From Gammaproteobacteria bacterium (GTDB lineage Bacteria; Pseudomonadota; Gammaproteobacteria; SZUA-229), in assembly GCA_026195895.1 (NCBI GenBank), contig JAPHRO010000030.1, forward strand, positions 23,910-87,909: a DNA stretch of 64,000 nucleotides, read 5' to 3'. The notes under the pieces were generated by a model. That model searched no databases and was not told where the DNA came from. It saw only the letters and a list, made by a program, of their open reading frames with translations. Shown here piece after piece: positions 47,975 through 57,206 of this stretch. Position numbers and translations under genes: made by a program. How positions within the stretch are numbered: the stretch's first letter is position 1; every line of letters begins with the position of its first letter.

Positions 47975-48483
47975 GTCGATGCCCCCTGAGCGTTTTTGGG
48001 TAAGGCGGCGATCCAGTTGTTACAGCTAGCCAACAATTGCTGTGTGTCGATATGAATTTGTTTCTGGTAGGGCGCAGTTAATAAAATATCGCCCAGTTGT
48101 TCAGAGAAATAATCTGCTTCGGTCAGCGAATTTAATTGTGCTATCCAGTGACTGCCGATAGTGCTGGCGCTTTGTTCCCGCGGCAGATAGCTGATACAAA
48201 CTCGACGCAGCAATACGGAGAGTTGCTGCACAAGTAACAGTTCATTTTTATGTTGCACAAAAGCTTGCTGAATCTGGTTGAATTCATTGAGGGCTGTTTT
48301 TTTCAGCGGTTTCTGTTTGAGTTTGCGCAGTAACCCGGGCACTAAAATAATCAGCGCAATAATCAGCACTGCCAGCAACCACCAGCCGGGTGCGGGTGGC
48401 CACCAGCTCACCGGGTCGGGTAAATGGATGTCGCGTAGCGGTAGTTCGCTCAGCTTGCCGGGATTCATTTGCGCGGGATTCAT
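47971..48483 (-). CDS. DUF4381-like membrane protein
   Basis: 170 aa; LPDPVSWWPPAPGWWLL motif and a single TM, as in DUF4381 members of MoxR operons. Confidence 0.55.
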   Translation of the reverse strand: MNPAQMNPGKLSELPLRDIHLPDPVSWWPPAPGWWLLAVLIIALIILVPGLLRKLKQKPLKKTALNEFNQIQQAFVQHKNELLLVQQLSVLLRRVCISYLPREQSASTIGSHWIAQLNSLTEADYFSEQLGDILLTAPYQKQIHIDTQQLLASCNNWIAALPKNAQGAST

Positions 48484-49418
48484 TTTTTCAGTCCAAGCCC
48501 CGCCTGCAAGCTGGCAACTAAATTATCATCGGTAGCAAGACTCAAATAAAACATATTCAGTTTGTGACAGGTGTCGCGCAAATATTGCTGGTGCTGAACA
48601 AAGCGTTGTTGATAGTTCTCGCGAACACTGGCTCGACGCGTATTCAATCCCATTTCGTTGCTACCGTCGGAGACGCGATAAAATCCCGCCGGTGGTAATT
48701 CAGTTTCCAGCGGATCGTGAATGGACAATAGCACCACGTCATTGTGTCGAGCCATCATGGATAAATGTGAATAGGCAGCTTCATCCAGATGGCGAAAGTC
48801 AGAAATTAAAAAAATCAAACTGCCGGGTCGTGCCACACGTCGCAATCGATTCATCGCCTGTGCGCCGCTGCTTTCATTGGGCGAGCTGTGTTTAAAGTCC
48901 TGCCATGCCGCATGTTCAGCCAGTTTTTTAATAAAGTGCAGGGTGCCGGCCTTGCCCCGTTGTGGTCGCAATTCTTCGTGGCTGTGTTCCGAGAAAATCA
49001 GGCCGCCCAGTCGGTCTCCGTGTTGGGCGGCACTCCAGGCCAGCAGTGCCGCCGCTTTGGCCGCGACCACGGACTTGAACGAATTCCGGGTACCAAAAAA
49101 CATTGGTTGTCGGTAATCCACCCACAGCAACACCGGTCGCTCGCGTTCTTCACGAAACAGTTTGGTATGGGGTTTGCCGGTGCGAGCAGTCACGCGCCAG
49201 TCCATGGAGCGAATATCGTCACCGGGCTGATAGGGGCGCACTTCATCGAATTCCATGCCACGACCCTTGAAGGCAGATAAATAATTACCGCTGAACTGGG
49301 CGCCAATTTTGCCTGATTTCAACGGTAATTTGCGCGCTTCCCGATTCAGCCCAATGAGAGTGGACTGGCGAATACGGACGATATCGTCGGCTTCAGTTTG
49401 TTGTTTAACAGCAGACAT
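48480..49418 (-). CDS. DUF58-family protein
   Basis: 312 aa; canonical position after MoxR; …F.G.G.EF…R.Y..GD..R.IDW… pattern. Confidence 0.8.
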   Translation of the reverse strand: MSAVKQQTEADDIVRIRQSTLIGLNREARKLPLKSGKIGAQFSGNYLSAFKGRGMEFDEVRPYQPGDDIRSMDWRVTARTGKPHTKLFREERERPVLLWVDYRQPMFFGTRNSFKSVVAAKAAALLAWSAAQHGDRLGGLIFSEHSHEELRPQRGKAGTLHFIKKLAEHAAWQDFKHSSPNESSGAQAMNRLRRVARPGSLIFLISDFRHLDEAAYSHLSMMARHNDVVLLSIHDPLETELPPAGFYRVSDGSNEMGLNTRRASVRENYQQRFVQHQQYLRDTCHKLNMFYLSLATDDNLVASLQAGLGLKK

Positions 49419-50369
49419 TTATGGCACAGCAACTCGTGCAATCAGTTCATCAATAAATTTATCGGTGGTGATGCCTTCAGCCTCGGCTTCAAAGCTGAGA
49501 ATAATACGGTGGCGCATCACATCATGGGCCATGGTCTGGATATCTTCCGGGGTGACAAAGTCTCGCCCAGCCAGCCAGGCGTGGGCGCGGGCACAGCGAT
49601 CCAGTGCCATGCTGGCGCGTGGGCTGGCGCCATATTGCAGCCACTCGGCCAGGTCTGCACCATAGGCGCCCGGATTGCGGCTGCTGAGTACCAGGTGTAA
49701 TAAATAGTCTTCCAGGTTCTCCGCCATGTGGATATCCAGCACTTCCTTGCGCGCCGCAAACAGATCGGCCTGGGAAATCTGGGTCGCCGGTTTTGCCGGT
49801 TCACGTAAATCTTCGCGGGCTTCCTTGCGCGTTAGATGGAGAATTTCTTTTTCGGATGCCGCATCCGGGTAATCAATGAACACGTGCATCAGAAAACGAT
49901 CCAGCTGGGCTTCCGGCAAAGGATAGGTGCCCTCCTGCTCGATCGGATTTTGTGTGGCCATGACCAGGAACAGGTCGGGCAATTTATACGTAACTGAGCC
50001 CACTGTGATCTGCCGTTCTGCCATGGCTTCCAGCAGTGCCGATTGCACCTTGGCCGGGGCGCGGTTAATTTCATCCGACAGGATCAGGTTATGAAACAGC
50101 GGGCCCTGCTGGAATTTGAATGAGCCGTCCTGTGGGCGATAAATTTCAGTACCGGTTAAATCAGCGGGCAGCAAATCCGGGGTGAACTGGACGCGATGAA
50201 AATCACCTTCGATACCTTCGCTGAGTACTTTGATCGCGCGTGTCTTCGCCAGGCCCGGCGCCCCTTCCACCAGTAAATGGCCGTCTGCCAGCAGGGCGAT
50301 GAGCAAACGATCCACCAGTATTGACTGGCCTATAATCTGCTGGCTGACATAGTCTCGAAGTTGTTGCAT
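49419..50369 (-). CDS. MoxR-family AAA+ ATPase
   Basis: Walker A GAPGLAKT, Walker B LILSDEINRA; start chosen at MQQLRD… (the ORF-track start at 50567 adds ~66 unlikely residues). Confidence 0.9.
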   Translation of the reverse strand: MQQLRDYVSQQIIGQSILVDRLLIALLADGHLLVEGAPGLAKTRAIKVLSEGIEGDFHRVQFTPDLLPADLTGTEIYRPQDGSFKFQQGPLFHNLILSDEINRAPAKVQSALLEAMAERQITVGSVTYKLPDLFLVMATQNPIEQEGTYPLPEAQLDRFLMHVFIDYPDAASEKEILHLTRKEAREDLREPAKPATQISQADLFAARKEVLDIHMAENLEDYLLHLVLSSRNPGAYGADLAEWLQYGASPRASMALDRCARAHAWLAGRDFVTPEDIQTMAHDVMRHRIILSFEAEAEGITTDKFIDELIARVAVP

Positions 50370-50621
50370 GGCCTGTTGATGTGACAAAGTTATTCCCCCC
50401 TGATGTACCTGAAAATGCCCGAGTATTCTAATGATTCCACCGGCAGGCGCCAAGCGTGTATCATTGCGTTTTACAGACAGTGAAAAAATCAGATAGTTTA
50501 AACCTGAAAAATCGCAGTTGACCCTGGGTGCATAAAACCAAGATATGATCAGAAAAGTATTTTTCAATATTATTGTATTTAGCCATTGGATGAGTGTCCT
50601 GTGCAGCGGATTGCGTATTAA

Positions 50622-51131
50622 ATGAAACAGCTCATCATAGGTGGTGCCCGCTCAGGTAAAAGCCGTTATGCCGAACAACTGGCGGGTGAAACGGGCAAGC
50701 GGGTGATTTATATCGCCACCGCCGAGGCCGGTGATGCTGAAATGCAGGCGCGCATCGAACAACATCGGCAGCAACGTGACAATAACTGGCAGCTTGTCGA
50801 AGAACCAGTGTTTCTCGCCGATGTCCTGAAACAAAATGACGCCGGCGAGGTATGTATGCTGGTCGATTGTCTGACCTTGTGGTTAAGCAATTTGTTATGC
50901 AGTGTTGATGAAAATGTGTTTCAGTTACAACGACTCAAGCTGCTGGAAGTTCTGCCTTATCTGAAAGCCGATGTTTTGCTGGTGAGCAATGAAGTTGGTC
51001 AGGGCATAGTGCCTATGGGTGAGCTGAATCGTCGCTTTATTGATGAGTCGGGACGTTTGCATCAGGAACTGGCAGATACCTGCGACAAGGTAAGCTGGAT
51101 CATGGCGGGTTTGCCGCAGCGATTAAAATAA
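50622..51131 (+). CDS. cobU: Adenosylcobinamide kinase / adenosylcobinamide-phosphate guanylyltransferase
   Basis: 169 aa; P-loop GGARSGKS; …YIAT…, …VLVDCLT.W..N… CobU/CobP family. Confidence 0.9.
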   Translation: MKQLIIGGARSGKSRYAEQLAGETGKRVIYIATAEAGDAEMQARIEQHRQQRDNNWQLVEEPVFLADVLKQNDAGEVCMLVDCLTLWLSNLLCSVDENVFQLQRLKLLEVLPYLKADVLLVSNEVGQGIVPMGELNRRFIDESGRLHQELADTCDKVSWIMAGLPQRLK

Positions 51132-51157
51132 CCGACGTTAAAAAAGTCTTTACAGGA

Positions 51158-52216
51158 ATGAACTTGAGTATCGATTGGCTAGAAAAAGACACGGCGATTA
51201 TCAATAAAGACTGGTTGAGCTACGCACGGGATCGACAAAACAGTCTCACCAAGCCACCGGGTTCAATGGGATTACTGGAAAATATTGCTATTCGCATTTC
51301 TGCACTACACGGTTGTGCAAAGCCCTCACTAGAGCAGGTGCAGATCGTTGTATTTGCTGCCGACCATGGCATTGCTGAAGAAAATGTGTCGGCTTTTCCC
51401 CAGGCAGTGACGGTAGAAATGGTAAAAAATTTTTCCCGTGGCGGTGCCGCGATCAGTGTGCTGGCAAAACAGTTGCACGCGGACCTGGAAGTCGTCAACG
51501 TGGGTACGGTGAGCGAGCATGAATCCCTGCTCGGCGTAATTGATCAGCGTATCGCCGCCGGCACGGCTAATTTCAGTAAACAGGCTGCCATGTCGCAAAG
51601 TCAGCTGGCCGAAGCTCTGAACGCCGGTAGAGATGCTGCGATACGTGCACGGCGGGCCAGTGCAGATTTATTTATCGGCGGTGACATGGGGATCGCCAAT
51701 ACCACCTCGGCATCCGCCATTGCCTGCGCACTATTAAATGAGTCGCCGGAAAAACTTGCCGGGCCGGGCACCGGACTGGACGAACATGGCGTGAGTCACA
51801 AGGTGCAGGTTATTGCGGATAGTTTGCGCCTGCATCAGACTAATTTAAGCCGTCCACTCGATGTGTTGCAGCATCTGGGTGGGTTTGAAATCGCCGCCCT
51901 TACCGGCGCCTATATAGCCAGTGCGCAGAGTGGCATGGCCATACTGGTGGATGGTTTTATTGCCAGTGTAGCGGCGCTGGTGGCGATAAAAATAAAGCCT
52001 GGCGTAAAAGAGTGGATGTTCTTCTCTCACGCTTCGGCTGAACCCGGCCACAAAACGATTATGCAGGCAATCAATGCGCGACCGATGCTGGACTTGAACA
52101 TGCGCCTGGGCGAGGGTAGCGGTGCCGCCGTTGCGGTACCCATCATGCGCATGGCCTGTGCACTACATACTGGCATGGCGACGTTTGAGCAGGCGGGTGT
52201 GTCTAATAAAGATTAG
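51158..52216 (+). CDS. cobT: Nicotinate-nucleotide--dimethylbenzimidazole phosphoribosyltransferase
   Basis: 352 aa; …KP.GS.G.LE…, …AADHGI…, …GGDMGIANTT…, E…GEGSGAA CobT motifs. Confidence 0.9.
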   Translation: MNLSIDWLEKDTAIINKDWLSYARDRQNSLTKPPGSMGLLENIAIRISALHGCAKPSLEQVQIVVFAADHGIAEENVSAFPQAVTVEMVKNFSRGGAAISVLAKQLHADLEVVNVGTVSEHESLLGVIDQRIAAGTANFSKQAAMSQSQLAEALNAGRDAAIRARRASADLFIGGDMGIANTTSASAIACALLNESPEKLAGPGTGLDEHGVSHKVQVIADSLRLHQTNLSRPLDVLQHLGGFEIAALTGAYIASAQSGMAILVDGFIASVAALVAIKIKPGVKEWMFFSHASAEPGHKTIMQAINARPMLDLNMRLGEGSGAAVAVPIMRMACALHTGMATFEQAGVSNKD

Positions 52217-52223
52217 TTTTTTA

Positions 52224-52847
52224 ATGTCAGAAAATATCACCACGATTTATTTATTACGCCACGGTGAAACCGCTGCCGGTTCATGTTTTTTAGGCGCAAC
52301 GGATGCGCCATTGACTGTCTATGGCTGGCAGCAAATGACTGAAGCCTGTGAGCATAAAATAGATTATGCGTGGCTGGTATCATCACCCTTAAAACGCTGT
52401 GCAGATTTTGCCAGGCAGTTGTCCAATAAAAATAACCTTCCGTTGTTGATTGAAAATGATCTACGGGAAATACATTTTGGTGACTGGGAAGCTAAAACCA
52501 GTGATGAGCTCTGGCAAACGGATCGGGAAAGATTGTCGGCCTTCTGGGATGATCCGGTCAATAATTCACCGCCGGGTGGTGAATCTCTATCGCAGCTTTA
52601 TACTCGGGTTATCAATTCAATGACCGATTTAATAAAAAAATATCCGGGTCAGAAAATATTGTTGATCGCGCACGGTGGTTCCATTCGTTGTGCACTGGCG
52701 TGGGCGCTGAAAATGCCAGTTGCCAATATCAATAGCATCAGTCTGGCGCATGGGTCACTGAGTTGTATTAAAGTCAGCCAGGATAAACAGCAGCTTTATC
52801 CGGAGGTTGAATTTATCAACGCGCCATCAAATTGCGTTCATGGATAA
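52224..52847 (+). CDS. cobC: Alpha-ribazole phosphatase (histidine phosphatase family)
   Basis: Start at ATG 52224 (MSENITTIYLLRHGET: RHG catalytic motif); …IAHGG… second His; follows cobT by 8 bp. Confidence 0.8.
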   Translation: MSENITTIYLLRHGETAAGSCFLGATDAPLTVYGWQQMTEACEHKIDYAWLVSSPLKRCADFARQLSNKNNLPLLIENDLREIHFGDWEAKTSDELWQTDRERLSAFWDDPVNNSPPGGESLSQLYTRVINSMTDLIKKYPGQKILLIAHGGSIRCALAWALKMPVANINSISLAHGSLSCIKVSQDKQQLYPEVEFINAPSNCVHG

Positions 52848-53254
52848 TAGGTTTTTATCCGCTCGCAGTTACGCACATCAAAATGTAACCAGGATACGCC
52901 AAGTTCGATGCTGCCAATCAGTTCAAAGGCGGCATCATCGGGATGAGCCAGAATATCCTGGCGCACCTGTTCGGCTGTTTTGTGTTTAAACAGACAGTCG
53001 GCGGCACGGCCAAAGGAATGCTGGCTGAAATGGCTGTAGTAGGGGCTGTCGCTGGTGCGCAATCCGCTCCATTCTCTTGCTTTGCCCCAGTGGTAATTAT
53101 TGACCGTCATCGAACCGTAGCGCTCGCGTAATCGATCGAGGCTAATCAGCAATCGCTCATCCAGTAATTCCCAGGCTTTTTCGCCGCGGGAATAAAAAAC
53201 CTCAGGGGGCACCAGTTCATGAATTGCAAAGTGTGTACATTTGTATATGGTCAT
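52838..53254 (-). CDS. Peptidase M15-family (D-Ala-D-Ala carboxypeptidase/endolysin-like) small protein
   Basis: 138 aa; H-x6-D (SQHSFGRAADC) and a downstream H (WLHFDV), the Zn ligand arrangement of the M15/VanY/Hedgehog fold; no signal peptide. Confidence 0.6.
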   Translation of the reverse strand: MTIYKCTHFAIHELVPPEVFYSRGEKAWELLDERLLISLDRLRERYGSMTVNNYHWGKAREWSGLRTSDSPYYSHFSQHSFGRAADCLFKHKTAEQVRQDILAHPDDAAFELIGSIELGVSWLHFDVRNCERIKTYYP

Positions 53255-53284
53255 GGCTAATCCTTTAGTAAATTTTATATAGTT

Positions 53285-53770
53285 ATGATCGAAATTATAC
53301 AGGCCGACTTACATAATCAAAGCCATGCCAGTGCGTTGCTGGAATTATTGAATGGCTACGCCATGGATCCAATGGGCGGCGGTGAGCCATTATCAGAATA
53401 TACCCGGCAAAATTTGATCACCGCACTGCAGCAACGGGAAGATGCCGTAGTGGTTCTGGCTTTTGTCGATAATAGGCCAGCCGGGCTGATAATTTGTTTT
53501 GAAGGTTTCTCCACTTTTGCCTGCAGGCCGTTGCTGAATATTCATGACGTAACTGTTGCGAATGAATTTAGGGGCATGGGTTTGTCGACGCGAATGCTGG
53601 AAAAAGTGGCCGCCATCGCGATACAGCAAGGCTGCTGTAAGCTCACCCTGGAAGTGCTGGAAAATAATACGATTGCTCAGGCGAGTTATATTAAATCCGG
53701 TTTCCGGGCGTATCAGCTTGATCCATCGATGGGCCGGGCGCTATTCTGGGAAAAGAAACTCACACCATAA
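53285..53770 (+). CDS. GNAT-family N-acetyltransferase
   Basis: 161 aa; motif A RGMGLSTRML; …KLTLEVLE.N..A…Y.K.GF. Confidence 0.8.
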   Translation: MIEIIQADLHNQSHASALLELLNGYAMDPMGGGEPLSEYTRQNLITALQQREDAVVVLAFVDNRPAGLIICFEGFSTFACRPLLNIHDVTVANEFRGMGLSTRMLEKVAAIAIQQGCCKLTLEVLENNTIAQASYIKSGFRAYQLDPSMGRALFWEKKLTP

Positions 53771-54216
53771 AATCTCGATGAATTAACCAAACAGGCGCAA
53801 TGCAGCAGCTGGTGACCACCAGTTGCCGCGTGCTACGCGCAGGTATCGAGCGGGTGGTGCTCTCGGCACTGGCTGCAATGGCCCGGGCTGGCGTTAGCTA
53901 TTCTGCTGCTGATGGAGCTGCATAAGCTGATCGGGCCAAATTGCGACAATCCAGCAATATAAGTAAATCAGAATAGTTTGATATTCTTCCGGCTTTATTC
54001 TAAAATCCCACCCATATTGTTCAGATACTATCTGGATGAGATCAGATTTAGGTGCCATGGGGCCTGTCCATACTGTCGCCGACTTAAGTCTACAAATGAT
54101 AAAAGCACTGCCAGTACCGCTGGTCTCGAGAGCATTTCCTTCGTAACTACCAGGAATCAAAACGGATTCAGGAATGGGAAATGCGTAGCTTTTAATCAAT
54201 TTTGTAAGGAATATTC

Positions 54217-54597
54217 ATGCACTTTACCAAAATATTAAGCACTGCGATTTCTACTATCCTGTTAATTTCTGTTATGTCGGGCGCTAATGCAGCGGGTACC
54301 GCGCAAAAACGCGTATTGAGCGATCAGGAAAAGCAAAGAATTGCCGCTGAGTTCAATCAGCATTTTCGTGCTACGGACTCAGGTTCGTACCAGAAATTGA
54401 ACAATAATCCCTGGGCGAGCAAAAAAGCGAAACAGAAAAGACATGCTGAAAAAATGCTCAGGTTGAGCGGCTCAATGGATAGCTGTCAGCAATTTGCGTT
54501 GAAGCAGCGTAACCAGTGTTATGCCGTAGGGAATGATGGTTCTATCTGCGAGTTGTACTACAAAGCCCGCGTCGGTCATTGCGCTGAGTATTTTTGA
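54217..54597 (+). CDS. Small secreted 4-Cys protein (paralogue of 39576..39950)
   Basis: 126 aa; signal peptide; shares NNPW.(A/S)KK…C..ALKQRN.CY..G.D…CE.(F/Y)Y.AR…C…F with the 39576 copy. Confidence 0.6.
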   Translation: MHFTKILSTAISTILLISVMSGANAAGTAQKRVLSDQEKQRIAAEFNQHFRATDSGSYQKLNNNPWASKKAKQKRHAEKMLRLSGSMDSCQQFALKQRNQCYAVGNDGSICELYYKARVGHCAEYF

Positions 54598-54606
54598 TTC
54601 AGCAGC

Positions 54607-54645
54607 AAAAAAACCGACATCAGTGCGGCGCTCGCCGCGCCTGAT
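54607..54645 (-). terminator. Candidate rho-independent terminator for the cytochrome c4 gene
   Basis: Imperfect GC-rich hairpin (atcagtgcggcg-ct-cgccgcgcctgat) followed on the minus strand by a 7-U run (aaaaaaa at 54607-54613 on the + strand). Confidence 0.4.
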
Positions 54646-54672
54646 CAATACCAGCAGTTTCTCTACTGGCTA

Positions 54673-55308
54673 TTAAAGCCGCGACAGGTAGTCAGCAACG
54701 GCATCCAGATCAGTATCCGACAGGGCCTTTACCTGCTCAACCATCGCCGGGTTGCTGTTTTTCCGGAAACCATCGCGAATCCATTTTAACTGGCGCAACA
54801 GGTAGGCATGATGCTGTCCTTTTAAGCGTGGGAAATATGCGTCATTGTTCCCCTGGGCATTGTCACCATGGCATTGCATGCAACGCTGGCGATAGATTGT
54901 TTTACCCAGTTCCAGTTGCTGGCTATTACCCATACCAGGAGTAGGGTCCTGATCCATGGAAGCGATGTATGCTGTAACATCGGCTATAGCCTGTACCCCG
55001 CCGATGGATTCAGGATCGGTGAATGGATACATGGTGGGGTTTACCCGGTTCATGGCGCGAATATCGGCCAACTGTTTTATCAGGACCTTGCGGTGCTGTC
55101 CGGCAATGACGGGAAAGCTGCCATCTTTTTTGCCCCAGCCATTTTTCATATGACAGGCGGCACATAAAGGATAGATTTTTTTGCCGTTTTCGATATTGGG
55201 TGTAAGCTCCAGTGACTGGTGAATTTCATCAGGAGTTGATAAGGCACAAAGCGGTACCAGGCCGGTTAGTATTAAAATAAAGCCCGTTAGTAAATGTCGT
55301 CTATTCAT
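54673..55308 (-). CDS. Dihaem cytochrome c4-like protein
   Basis: 211 aa; signal peptide; two CxxCH haem sites (CAACH, CMQCH), each followed by a Met-containing distal region. Confidence 0.85.
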   Translation of the reverse strand: MNRRHLLTGFILILTGLVPLCALSTPDEIHQSLELTPNIENGKKIYPLCAACHMKNGWGKKDGSFPVIAGQHRKVLIKQLADIRAMNRVNPTMYPFTDPESIGGVQAIADVTAYIASMDQDPTPGMGNSQQLELGKTIYRQRCMQCHGDNAQGNNDAYFPRLKGQHHAYLLRQLKWIRDGFRKNSNPAMVEQVKALSDTDLDAVADYLSRL

Positions 55309-55363
55309 GCGCGTAGCATAGCATTGCTGGACGGTGTTTTTTTATAAACCAGATCAATTTATT

Positions 55364-56119
55364 ATGAATTTAAAAACAGTTTTAATTTGCCTGGCTATTT
55401 TTGCACTTGGTTCCCCGGTACAGGCAAAAGAAGTTAGAACCATAGAGACCGACGATGTTGATCTTGATGTGCGTATATTCCCTGCCAAAGGTAATGTTTT
55501 GCTGCTCGGCTTCCCCTGTGATGAAGGCAGAAGTATTGCGGAAGAAAAAACTGCGGCGGCATTGGCCGAAGATGGGGTGGAAGTCTGGATGCCGGATATG
55601 CTGTCGGCCTTCATGTTGCCCAAGGTGCGCAGTAGTCTGGCCAATATTTCGACAGATGCGCTGCTGGCCCTGATTGATGAAGCAACCAGTACCGGTAAAC
55701 GGGTTTACCTGATTGCCAGTGGCCCCGACACCGAGCTGGTCTTACGCGGTGCCAGTCAATGGGAACAGGGCCATAAAAATACTGCTCTGGCAGGCGCGAT
55801 ACTCATGTTCCCTCGTTTGTTCAAAGCAGAACCTGAGCCGGGGAAAATACCGGAATATGTCGATGCGGTAGGTAAAACCCGATTGCCTATCATGTTACTG
55901 GAAGGTGAGCGCACGCCCAATCGCTGGGGCATCAATACCCTGAGTGAAGAATTACAAAAAAGCGGCAGCACGGTGAAAGCGGAAGTGATCCCGATGGTGC
56001 GCGGTTATTTTTTTAAACGACAGGATGCTAACTGGTCAGAAGACGTGGTGACCTCGCAAATGGCGGGACTGATCAAAGTAAGTTTATTTTATCTTGAGGA
56101 AAAAGAAATCAATGATTAA
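55364..56119 (+). CDS. Secreted alpha/beta-fold-like protein, stand-alone copy of the N-domain of 57207..58487
   Basis: Start at MNLKTV… (signal peptide). …AGVEVWMPDMLSAFMLPKVRSS… and …TGKRVYLIASGPDTELVLRGASQW… parallel …AGVEVWMVDLAESLYLPRGPST… and …TGKTIALIGRSYSAIPVLRGVRDW… in the fused gene. No canonical GxSxG nucleophile motif. Confidence 0.55.
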   Translation: MNLKTVLICLAIFALGSPVQAKEVRTIETDDVDLDVRIFPAKGNVLLLGFPCDEGRSIAEEKTAAALAEDGVEVWMPDMLSAFMLPKVRSSLANISTDALLALIDEATSTGKRVYLIASGPDTELVLRGASQWEQGHKNTALAGAILMFPRLFKAEPEPGKIPEYVDAVGKTRLPIMLLEGERTPNRWGINTLSEELQKSGSTVKAEVIPMVRGYFFKRQDANWSEDVVTSQMAGLIKVSLFYLEEKEIND

Positions 56120-56615
56120 ACGTTTATTCGTTTTCGCTATGCTAGTTAGTGTGACTGGGTTATTGCAGGCAAGCAATCTGAAACCTTACACGGCCAAAGG
56201 CCCGACGCCCCCGTTAGTATTGCAGGATTTGCAGGGCAATCTCCATGACCTGAAAGATTATAAAGGCCAGGTGGTGCTGGTTCAGTTCTGGGCGACTTAT
56301 TGTACGCCCTGCCGGAAGGAAATGCCGTCAATGAACAAGATGATGAAAAAAATGGGCAATGTACCATTTAAAATTCTTGCCGTTGATATGGGCGAAACCA
56401 GAGCGGAAGTGACGCAGTTTGTTAATGAAGTAAAACCCGAGTTTACTATCCTGATGGATGAGTCAGGTAAAAGCATTGCTGACTGGCGTGTATTTGCCGC
56501 GCCTTCAAATTTTATTCTCGATCCCGAAGGTAATATTCGTTATACCCTGTTTGGTGGTGTGGAATGGGATTCCGATGAGCTGGTGGATAAATTAAAAGCC
56601 CTGGCGACCAGGTGA
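56094..56615 (+). CDS. TlpA/DsbE-family periplasmic thiol:disulfide oxidoreductase
   Basis: 173 aa; signal peptide; WATYCTPC active site; thioredoxin fold with cis-Pro region. Overlaps the 3' end of the preceding gene (likely start at MIKRLF, 56112). Confidence 0.8.
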   Translation: MRKKKSMIKRLFVFAMLVSVTGLLQASNLKPYTAKGPTPPLVLQDLQGNLHDLKDYKGQVVLVQFWATYCTPCRKEMPSMNKMMKKMGNVPFKILAVDMGETRAEVTQFVNEVKPEFTILMDESGKSIADWRVFAAPSNFILDPEGNIRYTLFGGVEWDSDELVDKLKALATR

Positions 56616-56690
56616 TTTTTGCAAAACAGATTGAAGTTAAGCTGATCGGTTTTTAATGTGGAAGTTTTATCTCGTTGTTGAGAGAAGTGA

Positions 56691-57134
56691 ATGGCTGTTT
56701 TAGACGATTCAATACTTGCTTTGATTGCGCGATTTGTTGTTGATGATATTGATCATCTCAGTATATCGGATGAGAAGTTTTTACAGCAGCAGGTCGCCGA
56801 AATAAAAAACCAGATTGGTGATGTGCCGGATGATCAGCGCCAGCGATTAGTGCTGGCCTGGATTCAGGAACATGCCGAGCGCTATCGTGAAGAATGGAAA
56901 AGAAAATCTTTTTCTGAACTGCCGTTGAGTCAGCGCTGTTCTGATTGCCCCATTATTCACAATAGCCATATATCCCATTGCATGATCCACAAAAAATGGA
57001 CCCGTTTGTTGCACGATTATATTAATGGTAATCTTGATTCCGAAAAATATATCAACGAGACTCTGCATCTGCTGGACGCACATAAAAACAAATTAAAAAT
57101 ATCTCAGATTTCCAACCAGTTAAATTCAAAATAA
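56691..57134 (+). CDS. Hypothetical cytoplasmic protein with C-x2-C…H…H-C cluster
   Basis: 147 aa; QRCSDCPIIHNSHISHCMIHKKW; sits between the two TlpA-type modules. Confidence 0.4.
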   Translation: MAVLDDSILALIARFVVDDIDHLSISDEKFLQQQVAEIKNQIGDVPDDQRQRLVLAWIQEHAERYREEWKRKSFSELPLSQRCSDCPIIHNSHISHCMIHKKWTRLLHDYINGNLDSEKYINETLHLLDAHKNKLKISQISNQLNSK

Positions 57135-57206
57135 ACCGGTTTTATTCCTTGCGAAGGATTTGCTCCACTAAACCATTTTGAACATGATGTGGAGGCTTAG
57201 GTTACA

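Noticed and set aside
50370-50621. Possible cobalamin riboswitch upstream of cobU-cobT-cobC
   Set aside because: I looked for the B12-box (…AGYCMGGAGACCKGCC…) and GGTGAAA elements in order on the + strand. Only scattered partial matches (gtgaaaaaatc, ggtgcataaaacc) occur, in the wrong order; a CCTGCC match lies on the opposite strand. A covariance-model scan would be decisive.
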